Of a DNA stretch of 59,218 bases, positions 13,181-23,981 are shown piece by piece (within the stretch, counting starts at the first letter, position 1; every line of letters begins with the position of its first letter). The DNA lies in assembly GCA_009602735.1 (NCBI GenBank), contig WELA01002483.1:165003-224220 (forward strand). The letters are read 5' to 3'. The translations under genes were made by a program, and so were the position numbers. The notes under the pieces are model-generated. The model had not been told where the DNA came from, made no database searches, and saw nothing but the letters and a program-made list of their open reading frames with translations. The stretch comes from Mesotaenium endlicherianum (taxonomy: Eukaryota).

Positions 13181-16037
13181 NNNNNNNNNNNNNNNNNNNN
13201 NNNNNNNNNNNNNNNNNNNNNNNNNNNNNNNNNNNNNNNNNNNNNNNNNNNNGGGGGGGGGGGGAGGAGACCTCAGTGAAGGCAGCGCGGCAGCGCTCCA
13301 GCGTGCGCTCCAGCAGCGTGTGCACCAGCGCCACAAAGTCCGCCGCGTACACGGGCATGGCCTGCGCCCAGCTCAGCACCTGCCCGCTCCACTCGTTTCC
13401 ACCCACCCCCGCACCATCCGAATATACACAGGCGTTGACGTCCTGGCAACATCACACCTGGTCTGGTGGGAAACTAAAGCGCGAGCATACACAGAGGCAT
13501 ACTCCGCGGAAAAAAGCCACGGAGCTCAGCACAGAGGCAACCACACATCTCTCATGGTCACGCCACGTGCTCTGGCAGGAGAGGGGCGAGCAGGCCCACC
13601 TCTTCCACGAGCGCCTCCACGGTGAGGGGCCCCTGCAGAATATGGCGGTGCTCATGGTTTGCCGCCTTGGCCCCATTCATGGCCCCGCTGTTGCGGGCCT
13701 TCGGCCGGAAGGCAGAGGGGCCTGAATGCACCAGCACAGCAATCCCGGGGCTTGCCCGTCAGTGGCAGCGTAAGGCAGGCAAGGAAGGCCTGGAAGGAAC
13801 AGAGGTGCAGCAGAGGCAGGCTACCAACTATTAACAACAGCCGGTGCAGAACAACAAGCAGGTAGGTGGGTGGGCGGGCGGAAGGGCGGGGATGAGCAGC
13901 GACAGCCTGACCCGAGAGAGCGTCGGCCACGCGGCTGCGGTAGTCGGCGCGGATGCTGGGCAGGAACTGGTCCTTGACAAAGTTGTCAATGAACGGCCGT
14001 AGCCCGTGCTTGCTGTTTACCCCCCCCCTCCCCCCCCCTCNAAGCAAGCAGACAAAGCGCCTCAGCAGTAGCCACAAGCGATGATGCCTGGGCTCCGCCC
14101 TTGCTCGAGCTTGGCATTCAAACGGCGGCCCCTGGTAGTGCGGCCACCTGGGTCCTGCGGTAGGCTGAGCTGGCTAGCCCCTGGTGCCCAAGTTCCGATA
14201 CTGGCACGGTGTGGTGCCAAGGTCAATCCTGCATTTCGTCCGTGAAGCAAAGCCCCGTAATCCGGAAACAAAAGAGGGGCTTTTCCACTTGCCCCTTGTC
14301 CTCGTGCTGCTGTTATTGCCTACACACGAGCAATAAGATCAGGTGTACTGCACAGCACTTCCATTCGTGTAGTGTCGCCGTGCGGCGTTCCAAGCACAAG
14401 CGTTTCACCCACTAGCACGGAAAGTGGTGGTGCGTGTGAGTCGGAGGGGGGCAGGAAAGCGACAGTACCCGAGCTCAGCATATGCAGGTGGCAGCAGCGC
14501 ACACACCCTCTCCGTGAACTGCATCCCCACAGAGAGCACCCGACGCTCGGCATGAGTGCGGCTGCCGACACTCGACACGCGCGTCAGCACATGCACCACA
14601 GGACCTCTTTGAGTACTGGAAGTGAGAAGCCGGGCAGCAGCACTGCCAGGGACAAGGGAGCATTGCCACCTGAAGCACGGGGCGGTAGCAGGCGGAGGTG
14701 AGGTAGATGCCGCGGTCGGGCAGCGCCGTGCTGGTGCCAAAGCCCTCCTGCCCCAGGACTGCGCCCCTCTTGGCGCGCGTGTGGAACAGCCCGTCCCCCC
14801 CCAGGGTGCCCCCTGCGCCCTCCCCTCCTGCACCCACCGACAAAATCCGTTGCCACAGATCAGCACCTGGGCAGTGTCTGCCACGTGCTCCGCCCTCAGG
14901 TTCATGGTTACACCTATCAGCTGCTAGTAGCCCGCCAGCCTGTCAATCGGCAACTGCACATGGTTGTCTCAGCGCAGCATCAGCTGCACGCAGATCGTTT
15001 GTTGATACGTGCCTGATTACAGGGCTGATGCAAGGCCAGAAAGCATGACAAAGCCATGCACGCGCTCAGATAGCAAGTCACAGAAGTAATGGCCGCGCCA
15101 ACGCCGGGGCTATGAAGACCTCCTGAGGGTGCACCATGGGGGTTGAATCGGTGGCCACATAGCAGCACGCTGCAAACAAGAGCAGGAGCGGGGGGGGGGG
15201 GGGGNNNNNNNNNNNNNNNNNNNNNNNNNNNNNNNNNNNNNNNNNNNNNNNNNNNNNNNNNNNNNNNNNNNNNNNNNNNNNNNNNNNNNNNNNNNNNNNN
15301 NNNNNNNNNNNNNNNNNNNNNNNNNNNNNNNNNNNNNNNNNNNNNNNNNNNNNNNNNNNNNNNNNNNNNNNNNNNGGGGGGGGGGGGGGGGGGGGGTGTA
15401 TGCAGCGGAAAGTACCGGCAGCCGCAAGCCCACTCTCTGCAAATCGGAAGCTGAAGGACAAGCTCTGGCCATTGCTGCACAGTTGCGCTTCCCCCAAGAA
15501 AACACGAGCAATGTTGGCATAGTCAGTGTCACAAGCAACTCCCAGCCCGAAGAGGTCCCTATGAGAGGAGAGCAAGCACGGGAAAGAGAGATCAGACGCA
15601 ATAAACGTCTCGTATCCAGAGCGTGTGTGCACGATGCTTACGCTCCTTCACAACTGCACGTTCCACAAACGGCCCCAAGGCACAAGGCACGGCACAAGAG
15701 GACCAGGGCCCCGCGTCATGCACGATGTTGCCACAGCAGCATACACACACAGGCGTGACACAGCTTGACCCCCAGGCGGCTTCAGGGGCACGACGGAAGA
15801 AGGGGCTGCAGCCAAAGACCTGCCGTCGTCCAGGACGCGCAGGTTGGCCAGCCTGGCGGTGGCCGCGTCGGCGGAGGCGCCGTCGGGCGTGGCCATGAGC
15901 ACGTCGCATATCAGCTGCTGCACCTCACTCTGCACCCCCCATAACGCACACCCACACACACAGCCTCAGTCGACAGCTCTACCACTTCTCCTCTATTCAC
16001 AAACCCCATCCCCTCTGTCTTTTCACGCGCACGCACA

Positions 16038-16068
<31 letters not shown>

Positions 16069-19000
16069 GTCCTAGCCCGCGCACGCGCCTCCGCACGAGC
16101 GCAGGTGCTAGGCAGACACGCGCACATGTACACACATGGAGTGCCACATGAGTGTTAGAGGCAGGCGGAAGACGGGAAGGCCTGACCAGCACCAGCAAGA
16201 GGCAAGGTAAGGGGGGTGAGGGAGAGGAGGAGGAGGCGGGGGCATGTGCCTGCATGCAGGACCAGGCAAAGGCAACGCTGTAGCCGCCCGTGGACTCGTT
16301 GTAGTTCTCCGGCTCCCCGCCGCCGCCCGGGCCGCCCCCTGTGGGCGACGGCACAGGGCTCATCTGCGCCATGTCCGCCGCCTTGGTGTCCATGATGGCG
16401 CTCGCCAGCACATGGTTTTCTGCCCACCACATTGACGTCCCGCCGCAGTCACTGTCAAGTAGCGCACGGCAGGTCGGTAGAGTCACACGCTAGGAGGGCC
16501 CATCTGTTTGCAGCCACAAGTGATGGCCCCGGAGTAAAGGGCCCTAATGACCAATCTGACATTCTGGAAGGCAGCGAGTAGGGCATGAAGACACCCATCG
16601 CCACGACAAAATGAGAAGTGCGACAGTCTCGCCGCACTGCATCCGGGCTCGATGACTACACCTACAACCTAAAAACACGTGCAGACACGGCACAAGACAC
16701 CTTCGTATCTGCTAGCAGCATGTCCTGCCAGCCTGTGCATCCATCTCGATCAAATGGACGACACACACGCCATAACAAAAAAACTCGTGAATCAGTCAGC
16801 ACGTCGGTGAAGGTCGGTCAGAGGCAAGGCAGGGGGGAGCAGGCGTCGTCCTCGAGGAGGCTGCTCCTCTCAGCAAGCGCGCATGCACGAGGCACCCAAA
16901 GAGGAGGAGGCCTCCCGCGCTCACCGAGCACGCGGATGAGCATGTCCATCACGGACTCCAGGAGCTCCTGGGCGGCGGTCTGGGCCACCCCTGTGGGGCC
17001 AGCTGGCGTGAACTTCCCGGCCTTCTGTGCGGCAGCCGCAGCGGCAGCGGCAGCGGCCCCCGCCTTTTGGGGCGTCTTCTGCGGCGCCTTCTTGCCAGGG
17101 GTCTTGGCGGGGGACCCGGCGGGCATCTGCATGGCCTTGGGCAGCGGCGACCCCGCGGCAGCGCTCGTCTTCGTCACCTGCTCCATTCTCGGCCTGCCCC
17201 GATTCGCCACCCCTCGCGGTTCAAAGGTCACAACCCGGATGCAACTTTGACGGCAGGCGAGGCACTTTGCCACTGAGGCATCTGAAGACAGACGTCCCAG
17301 GGATGCAGTCACGGGTTGTCTTGACGTCGTTGGATGTGAAAGACAAGGACATCAGCAGTTGAACCCCGGGATGCTCTCGATAATGCAAGATGCTCCTCCT
17401 CCTCCCCTAGTCGTCACTTGTCCTCCCTGCCGTGGTGCTCTTTCTCACTTTGAAGCAAGACAAAGGGAGCACAACATCATGCTCCATGTCACCACACATT
17501 CTCGTGGCAGAAAGAGCGCGGCAACACGCGACGAGGAGTGCTGGAACCAACTCCCACAAATGGATGCCCTCTGCACACAGATGCGCCTCCTTGGTGTACA
17601 TTTTTCACACCTACACACTGGGGAATATTAAGGCAGTGAGTAGTAACAGAAAGGTGCGCACCTGGCGGCTTCAGCGGCGATGGCCCGGGCTTTGATCTCG
17701 CTCATGATGAGCTCGCGCACGGTGCTCCGCAGCCGCTGGCTCAGGATGGCCCCGGCAGCCGCCACTTTGGAGAGCAGCGCCAGGCACTCCACCAGGGTCA
17801 GCAGGTACTTGACATGGTTGGGCGACTCGTTCTTCATCATCATTTCCTGCAGCCGCCGCGCAGCCACGCCGCCGCGCATGAGAGGGCCTCCAGGGCCTTG
17901 GAATCGAAGAGTACTTCCCTTGCCTGACCTGCCAGCTCCCCTGAGCTGCTGCCGGGTGTGCAGAAAGGCGAGCTGCACACCGGCTGACACTGGCGCTCCG
18001 GAAGGCATGACAGGAGAAGGCTTCCAGGGCCTCCCTGCCCTCATCCGTCCCACTGGCGGTGGTGTTGCCGCAGGACCCCCGGGAGATTGCGCATGTGTTC
18101 ATGAGGTCGCGTGCAGCGCACCAATTTATCCGGCGAACAAAAAGCGGCCGGTAATGCAATGGGTCCCAGAGCACTCTTGTGCTGCACAGGTGCAAAACTA
18201 CACTACAGCTGAGTGTGTAGCGCCGACTACCTTGGCCCTTCACAAACCCACGTTCTGCTACAGCTGGCATGTGAGGGAGCCTCCAGGAGCCCTGACGCAA
18301 CAAATCAGCACTCCATTCAGGGCCAAGCACAATGACAACCCATCCACGCGAGGGGGTGCACAGGGTTGCAAGAGCGAGCGGTCGTACGCATACATGCACC
18401 ACAGCTGACTGTGGCTGCGGGGGACTAGATGGCAAGGAGAAAGCTTTCCTTAAACCCCGAGATTTGTGTCACATGGGGTTTGGAAAGCGTACAGTGAAGT
18501 CGTTCACTTTTGCTTCCTTCAACCACGGAGGCAGAGACTGGAGATGCTTCCTCGTCAGCACTGAGGTGGCAGCCGATGAGGTGTCGTGCGTGTTGAAAGC
18601 TGGGGTGGAGGAAGAGCCCGACACCTCGCTGCTCGGCGTGGGGGGGTCCTCGTCCCGATCCTCCGAGTAGGACCTGCACGCATCACAAGATGCTCCAAGA
18701 CTCCGATGAGCCCTCTTCCGGGGCCGTGGGACCCCACCACATGCTGTCCACTCTCAAAGCCTTCTCCTTTCGACACAGGTCCACTTTAGGGTTCTTAAAC
18801 TCTAAACTGCGATGAAGACGAGCACTCTCCACCTGACCCACTCAGGACTTCAGAACCAGGCCAGGGACGTCAACCACCACTTATTTTAGGCTGGAGCAAA
18901 CAGTCAAGGAGAGAGCAAGAGGACCCTCGACAGGCGGAACCGGGCGCAGCGAATGCGTCCTCTCCATCCTCACCTCCTCAGGTGTCCTGCCACCTGTCCT

Positions 19001-22000
19001 TGCCTTCCTACAATCCCAGGCTACCTCCTCCCATTCACCAGCTCGTCTTTGGTTCCAAAGCACATCTGCTGGTGGATACTTCTTTTGTGCCACTCCAGGA
19101 CAAGGACACATCGATAAGTACTGAAACGCGTATTGGTACTGTAAACAACCTGTGCAAAGTGAAGTCTGAGGAAAGGAGAGAAAGCATCAAAGGAACGCAC
19201 CCAGTCGTATCGATGGACAGGCCTTTCAGCTCAGAGTTGCTTCGCCTCATGGACCTGCCGGCGCGCGCCTTCTTCTGTACCTGCGCTGCAGCAGCCTGCT
19301 GGCCTGCTAGCGACGGGTGCAAGGCCGCTGATGCGGGCACAGCCGCCACCACTATGCTGCTGATGTCATCGTCCTTGTCCTGTACCTCCTCTAGCTTCAC
19401 GCTGCATGCATCCACACCATTCCAGCGACCAGAGTGTATATGAGCACAGCAGCAGCTGCAGGCAGGCTGAGGTGCAGTGCAAGCACGCTGTTCACCAATC
19501 AGACTAGGAGCCCGGTGTGCAGCCATCATCTGCAGGCACCAACAAGCCCTCCAGTATGGCTGTTGCTTCTCTGTCAGTACAGGAGTCCAGCCAGCCCCTC
19601 CATCATCTTCCACGAAGACCGACACGACAAGCTTCTCCTAGAAGCACAGGCAGCACACCTGTAGTCGCCCTTGTTGTACAGGTGGGCATGCAGCTCATCC
19701 ACGACCTTGTAGAACAGCTGCCCCCTCAGCTTCGCCAGCTCGTTGCGCACCTCCCTCAGGCCTCCCACCTGCACGCCAGCACAGCAGCGAGCCAGCGAGC
19801 CCGTGCACACCTCAAGGTTGCGACGGGTGAAGGCCCTGACTGATGTATACGCAAGCAAGCGTGCAGCCTTGCACATGCAAGCCTACTTTGTAGTACTGCC
19901 CGCAGCTCACTGCAGATCTTTCTCGGCTGTAGGCCTGGGCTACTGTTAACATGTCTATGAGTCCAAATGCCCGGTTCAGCCCAGAAAGAGGTCGAAGGTA
20001 GTTAAATACATGCAGAGCAGGAACATGTGGTGGCATTCAGCCAGAGGTGTGGGTAGTTGTAACGAGGAGGAGGGGGCAAGAGGGTACCCCTTGAATGCCT
20101 TCCCGCTCCAGCATGGCAACCGAGTGGATGTGCAGCTGCACCGCCGTGTACAGCTGCTTGTCCACCATCAGCTTCTGTATCCTCTCTGGCACCTGCACCC
20201 CATGGACCTCGCTAAATGCCTGAACTACAAGCATCCTCGTACGCAAATTGCACCTTTTCTAGGGGGCGTTGCCTGACATACATGCGCCGCTTCACGCGTG
20301 TGCACGCGAGCTCCCCTCCAGACTCTCTTGTTCATTACCAGGACAGCTCACACAGCAACGTTCCTCACTCCGGGCCCGTTTTACATGACAAATGAGCATG
20401 CTGAGAGGGAGCTTGGCAAAAGAGCAGGGTGACTATAGGCGTATCTTTGACACATATCCCGACGCCATCATAGTAAGCCTGACACGCATGCCCCCCAAAT
20501 ACAGGCACAAGTCTTGTCACAAACTGGCTGCCTGCAGCTCAAGCCTCACCCTGGCCCTTCTCTTCAGCCTCAGCTTATACCACCCCCGGGCTTCATGCTT
20601 GCGGCAGGCTCACCTTGGCAACGTTGTCAATCTGGTCGATGAGCGACAGGACGTGCCGCATCGTGATCGATCGGTACCACAGCTGCTGCAAGTGCTTCTG
20701 CCGCGTGCTCAGTAAGCGGCGCGCGTCAGACAGGCTCTTTTTGAGACCGCTCATCTGCGACGCGCTCTCGCTGAACAGCTTCAAGATCTGCACTCACACG
20801 ATGACTTCACTTCGCTCACTCACACCACCCGATGCAATTGGCAACCTGCCATGGTGACAAGGGACGTGCAGAAGCCAGCTGCAACAGCAAGCTGCACTCG
20901 GGAGTGGAATTAAATTGGTCCACAGAATCAGGTGGACTAGTTGAATAGGGACAGTGTGCGGTCTACACGTTGCGCACAACGCTTTAAGTCGGCAAGTGAC
21001 GATGAAGGGGGTACCTGAGAGTAGTTGTGGATGGCCTTGTTGAAGCCGTTGTGGTAACCCTGGACAACTTCGTCCACGAGAAACTCCACGGCATCTCTTT
21101 GGTCGCTCAGTTTCTGCAGAGCTTGTTGGGGGTTTCGGGAGGTAAGCACCTCGACGACATGGGGAAGTGAATCGAAGCGCGGTTGCTTCCATATATCGTC
21201 CAGGGCCGACAACTCGTCCTCAATCATCTGCACATAGAGTAGCCAACCGCCAGGATTCACAAGTTACAAAGCCTGGGGGGCACGCACCCCATGCTTGTCT
21301 TGACTCAAAGAGCCATCCACCAGGACTACAAACGCTCGTTGGTGACCTGGCCCGTGGGAATGAGGATATGCATGTGGCTCAGTTAAGGCTTGAGTGCCAG
21401 TTACATTACATATGAGGACGTCTCCCATCTTCCATCTATGACTGCTAAAAACCGAATGATGATGCATTGCAACCTTTGAAGGGGAGGCCAGGCCAGGTCA
21501 GCACAATACGGCAAGCACGAGAATATGAGTGTTGTCGTACAGTTTGAGCCAAATCAGTATCCTAGCAAGGGATGAAGACTGCATGTGTACTTGGAAGCAC
21601 AAAGTACAAGCCACCTTGAAGCTGACGGCTTTAAACTGAGCCACCCATTTCTCATCAACTCTCTCGTCAATGCTTATGCCTGGTGCAGTCCTTTTCCTAT
21701 GATGCAAAAGCGTTAGGTAATAGAAACATCATATCTGACTCTCAGAAGAGGACTGCATTGCAACAGAGCAGCTGGTGTAACATGATATACTAGAAGACAC
21801 ATTTTTTGTTGCCAGGAATCACCAAAAAACTGAATGAACTCTTACTATAGAAAGGAAGGTACTACTTCATTCACAAGAGAAAGAAACGTATGTGTGCACG
21901 CGAGAACCAAGCTTAGCACGCCTACTCATTTTACCTCAGGACAGACTGGTACTAAAGCACCAGAACAATTTCAAGGGCATACGTTTTGATAGATATGGGA

Positions 22001-22043
22001 GACTTACTATCCAGTCAACCTCGGTGGCATCTGGATCGGCCAT
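9912..22043 (-). CDS. SEC8: Exocyst complex component SEC8/EXOC4, ~1117 aa, 26 exons (5'->3'): 22008-22043, 21015-21227, 20614-20787, 20088-20192, 19659-19768, 19201-19401, 18493-18673, 17662-17846, 16925-17193, 16250-16419, 15820-15929, 15416-15474, 14670-14827, 14469-14518, 13912-14012, 13600-13721, 13272-13379, 12860-13072, 12545-12630, 11931-12132, 11681-11758, 11323-11424, 11058-11144, 10628-10723, 10194-10243, 9912-9999
   Basis: The spliced translation follows plant SEC8 throughout: RFDSLPHVV, GFNKAIHNYSQILKLFSES, LWYRSITMRH, LHAHLYNKGDY, LPPWL, HVKYLLTLVECL, QQLICDVL.ATP, GIYL..YRPVLQF, WAQAMP..LERT.ERCR, PEEPEDFIVALTSQ, YYELLN.PYEAL. Exon phases are consistent and sum to 3354 nt. Confidence 0.95.
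13122..13180. repeat. Compound (CA)n(GA)n microsatellite in a SEC8 intron; similar tracts at 16035-16067, 25425-25448, 27269-27304, 29194-29217, 31968-31993, 40098-40142, 41227-41253, 43333-43374
   Basis: Directly visible dinucleotide repeats, all intronic. Confidence 0.95.
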
Positions 22044-22686
22044 TTTTCCACCCCCGCACTCTTAACTTAGTGAAGCAACAGGATGAAACATAAGAAGCAA
22101 CGTACTTCGTAATAATCGTTAATTAGGAACACTTGTGAACCTGTCAACTTCCCGAACAGCGACATGGCTGGTCGACCCCGGTTCGTGTCGCTGATGCTCT
22201 GTGAGCCCGCACGACGTTTCAACCAAGAGGTTGTCGCTAAGCTTCACAATGTGTCACTCTTTGAAAACGTCGTAGCCTCCACCTTTGGAAGGGACGAGTG
22301 ACGCGAGTTGACTTGTTGGACAAGCTTGACTTTTGAAAGAGTAAAGCTCGAGTCTGACCGAGTCTGACAGCTTGCCTGGAGGAGAGCTTCATGTCGTCCA
22401 TTTCAGACGCAGTTAAACTTTCAACTCTCTCTCTATATATATGCACTTCATTGAATAAAATGAAAAGTTATGAGGATTATTGAAAAGAAGAAAAGAATTG
22501 GTAGCACATGGTAGATCCTCCTTGTCTATTTAACTGCTGTTTGTCTCTTTGTCTACTTATTTTGATCTATTTATTTGACTATCTATTTCTTCAAACTGCT
22601 TCCTTAATGACTGACTTTTGGCGTTTGGTCCATCCTTCATATCTTGCTAATCCTTTGTTCTTAACTCTTGGGTGGTGGGTTGGATC

Positions 22687-22983
22687 CAGGCCCCAGGATT
22701 CGAGATAAATTTTATGTTATTTTCTTTTTTGGGTGTTTTAAAACCATGAAAAATCTTAGATTATGTCGAAAGAAATCCTGGTCATTGGGAGCGGATGTCG
22801 CGTAAAATCCCAAAATTTGCTATGTTCCTTTTAAAAATTGTCGTGGGATGTTATTAAGCCATCAAAAAAATCCTACCAAATATTGTCGGATGTTCTTGAA
22901 ACCCTGACCGTCGCCCAGAGCAGGCCAGAGGATGTTTCCAAAATTTTCCAAAATCCGCGACTTATGTCGAATCCTGGGGCCTG
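22687..22983. mobile_element. Non-autonomous hAT-type MITE, copy 1 (297 bp)
   Basis: 17-bp perfect TIR CAGGCCCCAGGATTCGA / TCGAATCCTGGGGCCTG; 8-bp TSD GTTGGATC at 22679-22686 and 22984-22991; AT-rich non-coding interior. Confidence 0.9.
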
Positions 22984-23981
22984 GTTGGATCTAGAGAGCA
23001 CTAATTGCTTCTTGTGCAATGAAGAACTGAATGACTTTTGCAAGTATAGTGCTATTTTGAGGTTGTCTTGAGATTTTGCACAGGTACTTTCATCTGTTGA
23101 TCTTTGAAACTTAATAACACTTGATGCATTTTCTGTCATGTATCACAAATCTTGATTTGAAACATGCCTTTGTTTCAAATCTTCAATTAGCACATGGGGC
23201 CCATGGCTTTTGTCTATAGATCCCCCCTTATTGTCGTATACTTCAAATGCTCTGGAGTTGTTATCGTCCTAGATGACCAATGCTACCAGGGGATGTGGGC
23301 ATATTATTGACCATAAACCAAGCTCTCCTCCATGTACCCAGAGAGGGCCAGATGAGACGTAAAACGACTCCTAACTTGATCCAAGTAGAAGTCTTCAATT
23401 GCTCTCATGCCCCCAATTGTGTAGAGCACAAATAAGCGGCAACATCTACATGTAAATGAATGAATTGTCACCTGAGATATCAACATGGAGACTGCAGTCC
23501 AAAGCAGGTCCCTTGGAGATTGTGCTTGAACCCACTGATCACAGCAGCAAGAGGCATGCCTCTCCTCGATATCAACATGGGATGCTTATATGTTGTGCTT
23601 TACGTGAATAATTATATGCCTCTAAGTTTACATCAACTACATTAACAGCTATACTGGAGCTATAAATTTGTATGGCATGTCATTATAGGGGTCAACACTA
23701 CTAAAGAAACCCAGTTTGAGGTCCTCTAAAAAACCCTAGTAGGGTGGACTAAATGAGGCAACTGTCTTAAACTCCTCCTGGCCAGCTCTATGCTGATTCT
23801 TGTTCTCTATATTTAACAACACTCATATATTGGTATTGTGTCTTTGCGAAGTTTGACACACTACTTACTAAAAGTCTACAGACTCGTATAAAGCTTAGAT
23901 AAGTAAAGATCGAACACAATGCACGTATACATCTTAATTGATTATATGCTAATGCTTACCAGTCAGCACTTATGGACAGTC

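Noticed and set aside
18881..19111. Possible additional SEC8 exon
   Set aside because: Exons 19201-19401 and 18493-18673 join in phase and restore the LPPWL homology without it.
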